Of a DNA stretch of 64,000 nt, positions 12,766-25,575 are shown piece by piece. Origin of the DNA: Octopus sinensis (lineage: Eukaryota); the NCBI RefSeq assembly GCF_006345805.1, contig NC_042999.1:17484001-17548000 (forward strand), read 5' to 3'. The position numbers and the translations under genes were made by a program. Within the stretch, counting starts at the first letter, position 1. Each line of letters opens with the position of its first letter. The notes beneath the pieces are model-generated. The model had not been told where the DNA came from and did not search any database. It saw nothing but the letters and a program-made list of their open reading frames with translations.

Positions 12766-13259
12766 GCTAACGTTACTGCTAAATTATCAAACATTCAATT
12801 GCAATCATTGTGCTGAAGACAAATGTATATATATATTTACCAAAAAGATTTTTTGATTAGGTACCAGCGATATCATAAGTCACACAAATATTTCTATATG
12901 ATATATATGTAGAACATTTTAAGGATGTTACAAATTCGGAGAGGAGAAAGCAAAATCTAAAGAGAAGCAAAATGCAATTGATTATTCAAGTCTGCCGTTT
13001 CCTGGCGTTCACTGATTTAGATAAAGACTAGCATTTTCCTCCCTATTCTCCATCCTGCATATAATATTATGGCTACAACCACTTTCTCTCACACGGATTG
13101 TAGTATTGCCTATCTGCATGTGCCATAATATAAGCATTAATAACAACAGCTAAAGCAATAACAACTAAAACAGCAACAACGAAAATATTGACAAAAGCAA
13201 AAAATATTATATGCTGATGTGGACGACAATAATGATGATGGTGATGATGAGATTATGGA

Positions 13260-13900
13260 TGGACAATATATAGTTGGTAACTGCATAGGGTAAAGGAAAA
13301 AAAGAAACTGGAAATGAATCTACAGAATGTACACGGGCTTAGGAAAAGAACTAATATAATAAACGGTTTAGAAAAAATACGCCATGGAAAGAGTTAAGAG
13401 TGGGAAATTAATTTAGAAGACAAATAGTTTCATCCTTAGTGACTAAGAGAGATAAGGAAATTGGAGCAAGCGCTGACTTACCAATAATTAGGAGTCAATG
13501 AACTAGGCAGAGTACAAAGCACAAAATTAAAGAAAGTGTTTAGGAAAAATGGTATGTACTGCAATTTGTGCTGAAATTAATACCAAACGGGTATATTGGG
13601 AAAAAATAGGCATGAATTGTTTAGCTAACTTAGTAATAACAGCAAGTTATAATATTCTCAACTAGAGACTAATCGGATTGCTGATAACAATACCGAGTCG
13701 GATCAAAAGAAAAGTCAACCTACCTAAAATTTAAAGTAGAATTATTGTATTTGCCCTAATTAGAGGGAGGTAAATGTATAGTGTTTCGATTGGTAAGATT
13801 ACGAAAGTATTCAGTAAAGAAGTGAAAACCTATGGAAATATTACGAAGGAAAGCTAATCGGTTTTATGGCTTCGACGACGCTAGTAAATAAAAAAAAAAG
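13260..13900 (+). pseudogene. Heavily decayed R4/Dong-like LINE segment (tentative)
   Basis: A-rich; TAATAACAGCAAGTTATAATATTCTCAACTAGA resembles the LIAAQDQSLPTR-coding segment of the Dong copies; preceded by AAC/GAT repeats. Confidence 0.3.
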
Positions 13901-14050
13901 ACACAGAGGTAACGTAGAATATGTCTGGATTTCTCGAAATTGCCAAAGTCAATAATAATATCGGCACAGGTTATTTTTTAAAGCATTCATCAGGTACAAT
14001 ATAAAGGGTGATGCTTATTAACTTCATATCGTTCAAAGAAGGGAGACAGA

Positions 14051-14082
<32 letters not shown>

Positions 14083-14363
14083 CAGAGACAGAGGGAGAGA
14101 GAGAGAGAGAGATAGACAGACAGAGAGAGAGAATCTTCACTACTGGAAGCGAAACTTTCCCAGTATACGAAATTATCATCACTAGATTAGTGAGTGAAGT
14201 AGGCGTCAGTTATCAGTGTCGATGGTCCACAGATGTGCCTACCGTTCTGAAAATGTCTACTATAATATAATTAATAATAAATAATACAGTAGAGTTTCAA
14301 TATATTTGAGAAAAATACACAAATTAAGGCAGGGGTGTTGAGAAATTACAAAAAATTATAGTC

Positions 14364-14770
14364 GCAGGAGTGGCTGTGTGGTAAGTTGCTTGCTTAACGA
14401 CCACATGGTTCCGGGTTCAGTCCCACTGTATGGCACATTGGGCAAGTGTCTTCTACTATAGTCTCAGGCCGACCAAAGCCATGTGAGTGGATTTGGTAGA
14501 CGGAAACTGAAAGAAGCCCGTCGTATATATATGTGTGTGCGTATGTGAGTTTGTGTGTGTGTGCGCTTGCCCCCCCCCCAACAACAACAACGCTTGACAA
14601 TCGATGACGTGTGTTTATGTCCCCGTAACCAAGCGGTTCGGTAAAAGAGTCCGATTGAATAAGTACTAGGCTTACAAAGTATAAGTCATAGGGTCGATTT
14701 GCTCGATTAACGGCGGTGCTCCAGCATGGCCGCAGGCAAATGACTGAAACAAGTAAAAGAGTAAAAGAGT
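14364..14770 (+). mobile_element. S2 SINE, full length
   Basis: GCAGGAGTGGCTGTGTGGTAAG head, GGTTCAGTCCC B-box, internal TA/TG repeat, tail ending (GTAAAAGA)2. Confidence 0.9.
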
Positions 14771-15097
14771 GATAGACAAAGATCCAATGAGAATTTAGAA
14801 AGTAACACAAGATGAAATTAGGAAAGGCATCACAGTGGACGTGGTTGTTGTGAAAGTGATCCTCAGTTATGTTTTCAGGGCAGAATAAGAAGTTTGCGTC
14901 GTGAGAACTAAGAAACGTGCTATAGGTCACAGGATGGGGATCCGCTTGTTTTCCTTAATTTCTAAGCTAGTTTTTGAACAAAATTTTTAGGGTCGATAAA
15001 AGAAGTGCAAGTTGAATACTGGGATCATGGCTAGCTGCTTACCCTTTCGCGCGGAACTTTCTGGCTATGAGCCAAAATTTGAAATCATTATCAGATA

Positions 15098-15447
15098 TAG
15101 TAGTAGTAGTAGTAGTGGTATTAGCAGCAACAGCAGTAGAATTAGTAGTAGTAGTAAGTGGTAGTAGTGATAGTAGTAGTAGTGGTAATAGTAGCAGCAG
15201 TAGAATTAGTAGTAGTAAGAGGAGGTGGTAATAGTAGTGGTAGCAGCAGTAATAGTTGTAGTAGTGGTGGTAGTTGTAGTAGTAGTAGCAGCAGCAGTAG
15301 TAGTGGTAGTAGCGGTAGTAGTAGTAGTAGTAGTACTAGCGGTCGTAGTAGCAGCACAGCAGTAGTAGTAGCGTTAGTAGTAGTAGTACTAGTAGTAGTA
15401 GTGGTGGTGGTGGTGGTAGTAGTAGTAATAGTGGTAGTAGTAGTAGT

Positions 15448-15481
<34 letters not shown>

Positions 15482-15525
15482 CGGTATTATTATTATTATT
15501 AGTAGTAGTAGTAGTAGTTATGGTG
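15098..15525. repeat. Compound (TAG)n/(CAG)n/(TGG)n microsatellite
   Basis: Seen directly. Confidence 0.95.
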
Positions 15526-16073
15526 TATAAAATAAGATTATATGTAATAACGAACAACTTACGTAATTTCTATATGAGTTCTAACGAACCTAAGTGTTAG
15601 GGGGCAAGATTACGAGGGACTGGATTACGAGACCCTGCAATAATGAGCCACAAAATACATACAAATAAAATAAGGAATATATAATTTCGTCAGTTTTTCC
15701 TCATGGTGGAATTTTAACGCTTTAATTTCTTCGGTCTACCATCGAATATTAATCTTTCATTTGCATGAAGCGAGATCAAGAATCTCGATATCGATTAAAC
15801 ACCGAATAAAATACAATTTCATAAACCTGATTGGCTTTCAAGTGAAATAGCAGACAAAATAAAGAAGTGCAAAAATAAATAAATAAAAGAAAGTAGGAAA
15901 ATATGAAGTAAAGTAAAATGTCAACCACAAATAGGAGATAAGCCGTTACCGAGGTAATACGTTTGTAGTGTTTAAGCAACTGCTCGGAACCAGAATTGTA
16001 AACGTCAGCAGAATTGATGGGTTATTGTACACTTTATGAATCACTGTTCAACAATTATTGCTTAATGCACGTT

Positions 16074-16114
<41 letters not shown>

Positions 16115-16119
<5 letters not shown>

Positions 16120-16324
16120 TAATCCAATCAAGAAAGCACAAAAAAAACACAACAACGCGAGGACGTGGAACAAATTATAGTATTATTGGACGCTCAGAAA
16201 AGAAGGGAAGAAAGAAGGGTTTAACGTTTCCAGCGGAGCTCTTCGTCGGAAACATAGGAGAAGGAAAGATCCAGAGAAGGGAAAGCAGAGGAAAAAAATC
16301 GCCAATGGTACACACGAGGTCACA
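16115..16324 (-). mobile_element. Family A hammerhead-bearing element, copy 2, inside a (TA)n array
   Basis: Reverse complement of 1080-1292; HHR at 16219-16253 reads GTTT-CCGACGA-A-GAGC-tcc-GCTG-GAA-ACGT-T-AAAC; (TA)n on both sides. Confidence 0.8.
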
Positions 16325-16494
16325 TATATATATATATATATATATAGTAGTGGTAGTAGTAGTAGTAGTAGTAGTAGTAATAGTAGTAGTAGTAGTAGCA
16401 GCAGCAGCAGTAGTAGTAGTATCATTGGTAGTAGTAGTACAAGTGTTAGTAGTAGTAGTAGCGTTAGTTGTAGTAGTAGCGGCAGTAGTTGTAG

Positions 16495-16527
<33 letters not shown>

Positions 16528-16538
16528 TATATATATAT

Positions 16539-16591
<53 letters not shown>

Positions 16592-16811
16592 TGTGTGTGT
16601 GCGCGTGCGTGCGTGTGTGTGATGGTGTAACAGTCAGGTGCTTTTATGTTTAGGTTCGTATACTTTATGTTCGTAGCATGCTTGAAAGACTAATATCAAG
16701 TATAGATCAATGTCATTACGGACTATAAACTGCATCGGCAGCAAGAGCAATGGTGATAATATTGACTTGCGAATATAGGCTGTGTTACTGCACATTACAG
16801 CTTTGTTACCC

Positions 16812-17048
16812 CAAGGCGGCGAGCTGGCAGAATCATTAGCACGCCGGGCGAAATGCTTAGCAGTATTTCGTCTGCGGCTACGTTCTGAGTTCAAATTCCG
16901 CCGAGGTCGACTTTGCCTTTTATCCTTTCGGGGTCTATAAATTATGTACCAGTTACGCGCTGGGGGTCGATGTAATCGACTTAATCCGTTTGTCTGTTCT
17001 TGTTTATCCTCTCTGTGTTTAGCCCCTTGTGGATAGTAAAGAAATAGG
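16812..17048 (+). mobile_element. S3 SINE, full length with TSD
   Basis: TSD TACA(G/A)CTTTGTTACCC at 16796-16811 and 17049-17064 (15/16). Confidence 0.92.
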
Positions 17049-17140
17049 TACAACTTTGTTACCCTGTCTCTCTCTTCGTGCTGGAACATGCAGCTCATAT
17101 ACGGTACTCCAAGCATCTTTTTGAATGGAAAGGGCACGTA

Positions 17141-17357
17141 CAACGGCGCGCTGAAATGTTCCTGACTTTTGGTAAAAGAAAATATCGGAGGACCAGTCAA
17201 TTATGATTTTATTCGATATATTCCCATCTTAGATTCACACACTTATTGTAGCAGTCCATCAGTTTTTTTAAACCCTGTAAAAGAACTGAGAAGCCAGGGT
17301 CTCCAGTCAAGCCTTTGGTGATACCCTTAAAGTCGGAAACTTTCCAGCACACCCTCG
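17141..17357 (-). mobile_element. Mariner-type non-autonomous deletion derivative (217 bp)
   Basis: TA on both sides; imperfect ~28-bp TIRs CAACGGCGCGCTGAAATGTTCCTGACTTT and (reverse complement) CGAGGGTGTGCTGGAAAGTTTCCGACTTT; minus strand DCYNKCVNLRWEYIE* resembles the mariner transposase C-terminus (KC...G.Y.E*). Confidence 0.75.
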
Positions 17358-17964
17358 TATATGTATAGTTCTGAATGTCTATTAGTTACCAATTGCTCTC
17401 TACTCCTGGTATTCATATGCGTTGAATCCTCTTATTTGGGTGGTATTCTCAGTCCAACTGTTCTGCTCTTTTTGTAGTTTTCTGTAATTCATATAGCATC
17501 CAATTCAGAAGGTCATCTGGTGCCCATTACAATATTTTCTCCATTGATCTCTGATTTAAAAATTATAATTTGAATGTATGAAGACTACTCCGTCTGGTAT
17601 TATGTATCGTTTGTACCTTTACGGAGCATGTATTTTTCTTCATTTATTTTCGGCCTTCGATATCGAATAGTTTATATTATTTCTAATAAATATATATTTC
17701 TGTGGATTTTATGAAGTATATTTTGTAGCCGATAAAATTTTGCTGCGTCAAATGCGATGTTGGCTCTCTCCACCTTACTCTCTTTCCAGTGAACACCTTA
17801 TACTGGTAAACATTCTTCTTTAACAGGAGATGGGGAATTTTGTACATTATTTACATTATTCACAGTATTTACATTCGACGAATATTTGTCTTCATCTTGT
17901 TTGTTGTTAACACAACGTTTCCGCTAATATACCCTCTAGCCTTCATAAGGAATCTTGGGGAAGT

Positions 17965-18201
17965 TTGAAACATCGCAAAGCTGTGACACGAGGAGATGTT
18001 GATAAATCGGGTATAGCTGATCATATATGGAAAAGTCCCCTGTGGGATGAAGTAATGATAACAGAAACACTACTGGAAAATACGAAAACTAAAAGAAGCA
18101 GCACATATGCTAGGACACAACGGCCTCCTAAGCAGAGTACAGATATGAACAGCATATGGGAACCGGTATTAAGTAAGGATAGGAGAATATTAGATTTATA
18201 A
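17965..18201 (+). pseudogene. Penelope-type GIY-YIG endonuclease C-terminal remnant
   Basis: (E)HRKAVTRGDVDKSGIADHIW..PLWDEV.I and, after a frameshift, HYWKIRKLKEAAHM match the PLE EN pattern EH..S..A.H..W..I..R..KEA. Confidence 0.7.
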
Positions 18202-18230
18202 GCCCTAAATTTTACTCCATAATTGCCCAC

Positions 18231-18301
18231 GGGCATATGGCGTAGTGCTTAAGAGTGCGGGCCACTAATCCCAAGATTCGGAGTGCGTTTCCAGGCAGTG
18301 A

Positions 18302-18305
<4 letters not shown>
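18231..18305 (+). mobile_element. 75-bp tRNA-derived unit followed by (AAT)n/(AAC)n
   Basis: A-box-like TGGCGTAGTGCTT, anticodon-arm-like GCGGG-CCACTAA-TCCCA, B-box-like GAGTGCGTTTCC; ends CTG then (AAT)n; not a canonical cloverleaf. Confidence 0.7.
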
Positions 18306-18349
<44 letters not shown>

Positions 18350-18410
18350 CAACAACAACGACATCGAAAAGTACCTTAGGAATGAGAAGCCAGGTTCGAA
18401 ATTTCCGCAA

Positions 18411-18456
18411 GACACCTGAAGAAGACTGCAGGGTATATCAGTCGAAACGTTGTGTT
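18411..18456 (+). ncRNA. Hammerhead ribozyme motif (family B)
   Basis: GACAC-CTGAAGA-A-GACTG-cagggtatat-CAGTC-GAA-ACGT-T-GTGTT: 5-bp stem I, 5-bp stem II, palindromic ACGT stem III, GUU triplet. Confidence 0.75.
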
Positions 18457-18949
18457 AACAACAAACAAGATGACTACAAATATCCGCCGAATATAAATAA
18501 GGAGTGAATTAATTTCTACGTTATTTTCGTACTTACAGTTTCATTAGATGTACAAAGGTAGGATGAGTGTATGTATTTCTTTAAATGTATTACCGATTCG
18601 TTACCCTTGGATATGAAGAGGATTTTCGGTCGCTTTTGTATTGATTCTTGGTTTTTGAAAACCATTTTTAACTTGCTTTTTATCCCATCTCAAGAGTTAT
18701 TGTTAAATATTGCAAACAGGAAATTCATGATCTGATTGTTAAGTGGTTCATAGCAGTGTTTCTCTTTTGTAGAGTCTGAGCGAATGCACGGCTGTTACAG
18801 AATCTCAGTTTTCTAAAGCAGCAGCGCTCATTGTTCCGAGGAATCTCGTCTGTAATGACATTTTTTTTTTCTTTTCTCGCTGTTCGTTCGCATTTACTGC
18901 ATTTCTCTGTTTCGTCTTCTGTTTATGCGACATTGATTTTTGAATTCCA

Positions 18950-19560
18950 TTTTACGTAATTCTTCATAAAATAATTTTAGGATGCCGTGAGGTTATTGTT
19001 ATTTCCAACCATTACTTTTTCTTTTTTCCCTACCGATGGCTTCTCTACGATTTACTACAGATCCCTTTGCTTCAGATACGTAGTTTTATATGCTGTATTT
19101 CATTTTATATTTTATACTCCATTGTAGTTGCCATTTGTTTTATTCTCCAGTTATTTATTTTCCATCTTCTATGCTTCATTTCCTTGTTATTTTTCGATCG
19201 TTTGATATTTCTACGAGCAGATTTGACTGTTCCTATTTTCCATTGTAGCAACAATTCCTATTCCAACTGTTGTTTCACTATATTATTTCTTTTAACCTAG
19301 GGATATTGATGTTCGTGTGTGGTTTTATTAATTCTGAGGTAGACCAGTTTTACGCCCTTTTTGTTCTTGGTATTGCACCATTGAGTATATACTTCCGAAA
19401 TACTTTTGATTGTCTTGCAAGATCCATGATCTATTGATATTAGTCTTTAATTATCTCTACATTCAGCTTCTCATGTCTTTAGAATTTCTCTATATTCCTT
19501 TTTCATTCATACATTTGTTTGTATTGCTATGGTTTGTGTTTTCTTAGACGCATCTTATTA
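18950..19560 (-). pseudogene. Decayed R4/Dong-like LINE 5' ORF region (tentative)
   Basis: Minus strand is A-rich, with fragments resembling IPRLK, KMENK and LKQR found upstream of the RT in this clade; multiple stops. Confidence 0.3.
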
Positions 19561-19860
19561 CTTTTATGTTTGTTATTTTGTTGTCATTTTTGTTTTTTTT
19601 TTCTTTCGGCATGTTTCGGTTGTTTTCCGTAGTACCGTTTAGAATGGTATTTGTGACGATTTACTTGAGAGAAAAAAATACAATTGTTATCTACATACAC
19701 TAGGAATAGATAGGTTTTTGTGATTATGTGTATACTACTCCAATATACTGTGGTCAACAAAGTGATATCTTGAAATATTTTTTTGGGACTGTAAATTATA
19801 AATTTTACAAATTTCTTTCAAATTTCCAATTGGCTACATCAGGCTTAGTATAAAGATACT

Positions 19861-20066
19861 GTTAATCCAAACAAGAAAACACAAAGAGAAAGCACAACAA
19901 CACGAGGACGTGGAACAAGTATAGTATTATTGGACGCTCAGGAAAGGAAAGAAAGCAGTAGGATTTAACGTTTCGAGCGGAGCTCTTCGTCGGAAACATA
20001 GAAAAAGGAAAGATCCAAGGAAAGGAAGACGGAAAAAAAATCGCCAACGGTACACACGCGGTCACA
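19861..20066 (-). mobile_element. Family A hammerhead-bearing element, copy 3
   Basis: Same termini as copies 1 and 2; HHR at 19963-19997 reads GTTT-CCGACGA-A-GAGC-tcc-GCTC-GAA-ACGT-T-AAAT. Confidence 0.8.
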
Positions 20067-22876
20067 TGTAACCCAGTACCTGTAGCAACGGTAAAACATC
20101 AAATAATCCTAAGATCTTTAAATGAAGGAAGCCACTTTAAAATAGAAGTACAATTGGGTGACTATTTATAAGATAAATTCTCAGTCACAAACAGAATAAA
20201 ACTTTAAACAGTCAACCGAGTTAATGCCTGTTTGTTTTGCCTGGTAAGATGAATATGAGAATGTGAAAACTCGGCTCTTAAGAAGGCTTATGGATTCTAT
20301 TTGCACCAGTGTAGGAGCAGGTTATGAACACAGAGTTGGCCACCAGCATTTTGTGACCAGATGTAGTAACAGGTATTTCCACATCATGTATATATCCGAA
20401 GTATATGTGATTGCATAATGACAAAGCTGGAGGAAGGTCGATCGGTTTGATGTTTGGTTTTGAAGGCTTAGTTCCAGCATGCTTCATGGTGTGCTCCAAG
20501 CGAAATAATTTGCAAGTGAATAGCAAATCCCTTTCTCCATCACTCACACAAGTCACAGACGATTTGTGAAGATTTATAGGAATTGCCTTACATCGAGATT
20601 CAGATATGTAGACAGATAACACAAATACACGTATCTCATGTTTCAGCAAGAGAATATATATGGTTGTTCTATCACCTCTCTGCCAGCAAACTGGTGTCGC
20701 AAGAAAGGGATCACGGGAATATCAATCTATCTATCTATATCTCTTTCTGTCTGCCTACCTGTCTGTCTGTCTGTTTGCCTATCGGTCTGATTGTATGTCT
20801 GCTTGCCTGTCTGTCTGTCTGTTTGGTTATCCCTATGTATCTGACTAGCAGTCCATCTTGACCAGTGTTATGTTTAAAAATCTTAAGTTGTCGCCTATGC
20901 AGTAACACTTTCAACCATATCTGTTACATCTGCTACAGTTATTTTCTCACTTTTATTTCATAAGTCCGAACTGGACGAAGCTGATTAGAAGCAAGTGTTT
21001 TTTGTTATTCGATTTCTTCTAAAAGATTAAAAATTTCTCTTAATTTTATTGACCATTTTATTGACCCATTTTTTTCTATATACACACATCCGTACTCAAA
21101 TATATATTTGCATACATACCCATCTCCCAACAACAGCTTCTTTTATGATGTAATACTTGCTGTATGTATTTGTATATCTACTCCTTACCCCAGCCCAAAT
21201 ACCCAACACAGATTCACATCCTACACATCACCCTCTACTCCGCGCAGTGTGGCACCTCAGGTGCACCGATGAAAAGCTCCTTCCTTCTAGTGATATGCAA
21301 GCTATGTTCTACAGCGCGTATGCTTCAATCGTAGCGGAGAAAATGACAGGTATAACCTAACGAAGTCAAGGAATCTTTTTTAATGTGTGTCTGCTATGTG
21401 GGCGTACGATATTTAATATTGCAATAAAAGTGTTGCAATCATGCAATAATTAATTTATTCGATGAAATGCAAGCTAGAGTGAAAATAATTAGATATTTTA
21501 TTATTTGTGAGACACTGTGTATTCTAACGGTGTTCGCTCAATGGTAGCAAATGACATGGAACATATGCCGGTTTTCAAACGTAGTTACGAGGAATATTCA
21601 AATATTGACATTGAACAAGTTGAAAAATACGTTTAAAGCCTTTTTCAATGCTGCAATTCAAACAAATAAATCGTGTTTGTATTAAGAAAAAAATCTTCAA
21701 CTTTATCAACAAGATTAGCGATAATTTAAAATTGTAACAGAAGCAGATATTTGTCAATAACTTGCATGCAAATAAATATAGATTGATGAACAAGCTGCCT
21801 ATACTTTTGTCATTCATAACGAACGGGCGAAATAAATATAACACCAATGAAATTTTTAACAGAATATAAAATCATATTACGAGTCACTCAATCACGTTTT
21901 TTTTCCATCAGACAGCAATGAATACAAATATTTTTGAATTGAGGTAGGAGTTTTAATTAAACCCGAAGTTTCCTTAATTGATATAGTGTATTAAAATCCT
22001 ACAGCTGTTCAGATTGGTTTATTTCAACACCGATATTGAATAAAGAATTAAAATTATTAAATACCAATTATTGGAAATTGTTAATATGAAGTATGAAGGC
22101 TGACTAAAAGAGGCATTTTCTTGAAATTATGCCACTATGAAGTTGTATAATAATACGCCCTGTAATTATTATCGATAAAATGGTAATGATTTGATATGAA
22201 GGTGTTGAAAGAGCTTCACAGATCTGCATTTCTAAATTTGTTCTTTTGCGTAAAAATTGTTCTACATATTTGATGAAGCATTTTGAAAATAAAAAACCCG
22301 ATTAAAAAAAAAAAATTCTCGCTCGATAAACACAAAATCTGTGTATTACATTTAGTATTTCATGAAACATTTATGTTGGTGGTGGATCATAAAAAACTAT
22401 TGCACATTCATGGAGCAAATGGGTTAAAAATACCTATGTGTGCGTCAAGTAAAATTACAATTATCCTTAAAGGTAAATGCTAACTCTGGTAAATACTCGT
22501 AGTGATACATATTAACATTAAACCAGAAATACACAAAGCTTAAATAAATGTATGAACGTATTTTATTCCGAGTCGATAAATACAACACAACTTCAGACCG
22601 AGATAAATCAATACGTATTTGCTCCAGTTTTGATAAATTCGAATTAATTTAATCAATTCACATTACTTTCCACTCAAGTTGATAAAATTGATTTATATAA
22701 AATGCTACCTGATAGAAAATACTAAATTTCCCTGACTCATGTTATATTGCTTATATGCATACAAGAAATGACACGAACAAAAATATATACCTACTTAGAG
22801 TTTGTTGACTTCTATTCCATACAACAACCATATAGTTCATACGAGCTGATCGAATAAACTTATATGAAATAAATCA

Positions 22877-23036
22877 GCAGGAGTGGCTGTGTGGTAAGTA
22901 GCTTGCTTTCGAACCACATGATTCCGAGTTCAGTCCCACTGCGTGGCACCTTGAGCAAGTGCTTTCTACTATAGCCTCGGGCTGACCAAAGCCTTGTGAT
23001 TAGATTTGGTAGACGGAAACTGAAAGAAACCCATCG

Positions 23037-23071
<35 letters not shown>

Positions 23072-23283
23072 TATATATATAAGTATGTGTGTGTGTGTGT
23101 TTGTCCCCCAACATCGCTTGACAACCGATGCTGGTGTGTTTGCGTCCCTGTAACTTAGCGGTTCGGCAAAAAAGACCGATAGAATAAGTACTAGGCTTCC
23201 AAAGAATAAGTCATCAGGTCGATTTGCACGACTAAAGGCGGTGCTCCAGCATGGCCGCAGTCAAATGACTGCAACAAGTAAAA
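22877..23283 (+). mobile_element. S2 SINE, full length
   Basis: Colinear with 14364 and 40487; internal (TA)n(TG)n. Confidence 0.9.
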
Positions 23284-23425
23284 TAGTATATGATACTCTG
23301 AACCTCCGCACGAGCACCAACGAAATACTCACTACATCGCCACCCGCCCTGCTAGAAATAGCAGCTAGATTTTTTTCTCTCAGAACGCATCCTACAATCA
23401 AACAAATAGCATATTTAAAGATATA

Positions 23426-23658
23426 TATTTCTTTACTACCCACAAGGGGCTAAACACAGAGGGGACAAACAAGGACAGACAAAGGGATTAAGTCGATTGC
23501 ATCGACTCCAGTACGTAACTGGTACTTAATTTATCGATCCCGAAAGGATGAAAGGCAAAGTCGACCTCGGCGGAATTTGAATTCGGAACGTAAAGACAGA
23601 CGAAATACGGCTACGCATTTCGCCCGGCATGCTAACGTTTCTGCCAGCTCGCCGCCTT
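23426..23658 (-). mobile_element. S3 SINE, full length
   Basis: Reverse complement of the S3 pattern from AAGGCGGCGAGCTGGCAG to GTAAAGAAATA. Confidence 0.9.
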
Positions 23659-24283
23659 TCGAAGATATAGATTACGATACACTATTGCACGGTAAAATGA
23701 CACTATAGATAATGAAGGATGGCTTCCATCATTGGAATGCTCATTCTGTGCTGAACAACAACAACACCAATAACTAGTGTCTGCATTACATCTTTAAAAA
23801 TGCCAAATTCGATTTCGTGTTAAACATGTGCACTGTTGATTATATTGCAGTTCAGTTTGATTACATCATACAATATGTTAGCACGTTTAATATAATCAAA
23901 TCTGACAGTCTGGTCTAGAGAGAAAAAAGCTTTTATATACATTCCAAAATGGAATCCATGATATTTCAAAAGTGTACATGATATTAAATATGCATATCAT
24001 TAACATCACTCCTACGCAAGTTTTGAATCCAAATTTCTATGATAATTAGGCTTAGGTAAGAATACAAGCACAGTTGGATTAAAAGTAAATATGCCTCGCT
24101 TTCCTAGATAATCAGGAACGTCACAAATATTTAAGCTTGAATCGTCTACACAATGTTACTTACTTAGTGTGAGAACATATATATGTTAATCGTTTGTTAT
24201 AAGTGTGTAATTACCTACCCTTCAACACGAAATACCCGTCCATTGAAAGACAGTTTATTCACGCACACGCATTCATACATAAA

Positions 24284-24284
<1 letters not shown>

Positions 24285-24361
<77 letters not shown>

Positions 24362-24384
24362 AATACCCCAGTAAATAGCCGCAA

Positions 24385-24457
<73 letters not shown>

Positions 24458-24460
24458 GTC
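24285..24460. repeat. (ATCT)n with a 25-bp interruption at 24361-24385
   Basis: Seen directly. Confidence 0.95.
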
Positions 24461-24518
24461 TGTCTGTCTCTCTATTTTTCTTTCTGTATCTGCCTGTTGG
24501 TCTGTCTGTCTGTCTCTC

Positions 24519-24590
<72 letters not shown>

Positions 24591-24596
<6 letters not shown>

Positions 24597-24966
24597 GAAA
24601 ATGGGACAAGAATGCAAAACATCCGGACAACCAGGTGATACAAAAAAGGGACAACAAAACATCCAGATAGATGATACAAAGAAAACAAGGACGGGTCAGT
24701 CGAAGTTTTCTTTCCTCAGTCTAGAACCAGATTATCTTAGCAATTTCCGCTAATTATACTTGAGATTGCTCCAATCTGGCCAGTCCCAAGGAAAACTAAG
24801 CTAAGAGCTTTAGATTTCTTGGAAGAAAGCAGCAAATGTATGCAACAAAATAGGACGGAAAAAAACGGACAAAGTTACACAAATACAATTAAACAATAAT
24901 AACAGGATATAACAACAGGTGTCTTTCGACTAACGTCGAATTAAATTAAGCTGGCGTGTGTGGAAA
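24591..24966 (-). mobile_element. Possible Penelope-like terminal fragment between two (TA)n arrays
   Basis: Pyrimidine-rich minus strand; CTGAGGA-AAG-aaaa-CTT-CGACTG resembles a decayed HHR core; internal ~30-bp duplication CAAAACATCC..GATACAAA. Confidence 0.4.
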
Positions 24967-24985
24967 TATATATATATATATATAA

Positions 24986-25575
24986 TGGTTGTATACTGTC
25001 AACTTAACGTGACAGTAGGGGATTACACCACCGCTGTTTAGCCCTAGGAAGCATCGACGCTTCCTTTTGGCTTCGACACTCTTACTGTGTCCTTATATAT
25101 TTACGAAGGGGAGACAAATACCCCCAACAGCTAGGCCTGCATCTAGTATACAACCATTATATCGCCACACCACCGTAAATATCTCTATGAGATATTTAGA
25201 AATTCAATATTTCGGATTTTGGTAATCAGTGAATAAACTTCACTGAAAATTAGATATATATATATATTTACGAAATCTAGACAAATATTCGCAGCTAGCC
25301 GGCTAATGCTACTTTAGACCGATGAAGGGCAAGGACCCTGAAACATGCGCGTCTCTAGATGCAGGCCTAGCTGTTGGGGGTATTTGTCTCCCCTTCGTAA
25401 ATATATAAGGACACAGTAAGAGTGTCGAAGCCAAAAGGAAGCGTCGATGCTTCCTAGGGCTAAACAGCGGTGATGTAATCCCCTACTGTCACGTTAAGTT
25501 GGCAGTATACAACCACTCTATCGCCCCACCACCGTACATATCTCTATGAGATATTTAGAAATTTAATATTTCTGA
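24986..25575 (+). mobile_element. Family C Penelope-like insertion with 161-bp inverted duplication and ~70-bp direct repeat
   Basis: 24986-25146 is the reverse complement of 25355-25515 (2 mismatches); 25146-25216 is repeated directly at 25505-25575; (TA)n at both ends and inside. Confidence 0.85.
25313..25359 (+). ncRNA. Hammerhead ribozyme motif (family C, U4C variant)
   Basis: TTTAGA-CCGATGA-AGGG-caagga-CCCT-GAA-AC-atgcgc-GT-C-TCTAGA: 6-bp stem I (one G-U), 4-bp stem II, GUC triplet at 25351-25353. Confidence 0.78.

Larger units (their letters stand above)
17822..18500 (+). mobile_element. Family B Penelope-like insertion: inverted pLTR, GIY-YIG tail, tRNA-like unit, (AAT)n, HHR-bearing pLTR
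   Basis: About 17862-17967 is the inverted copy of about 18395-18500; a decayed endonuclease fragment lies between; typical PLE inverted-LTR architecture. Confidence 0.8.

Noticed and set aside
15142-15557. Poly-V/S/L/T ORFs (also poly-N/I at 27565-28686 and poly-D/E at 47031-47405)
   Set aside because: Trinucleotide repeat read-through; no splice or homology support.
20278-20649. 123-aa non-repetitive minus-strand ORF (also 4069-4281 and 60238-60471)
   Set aside because: No recognisable motif, and no splice or compositional support.
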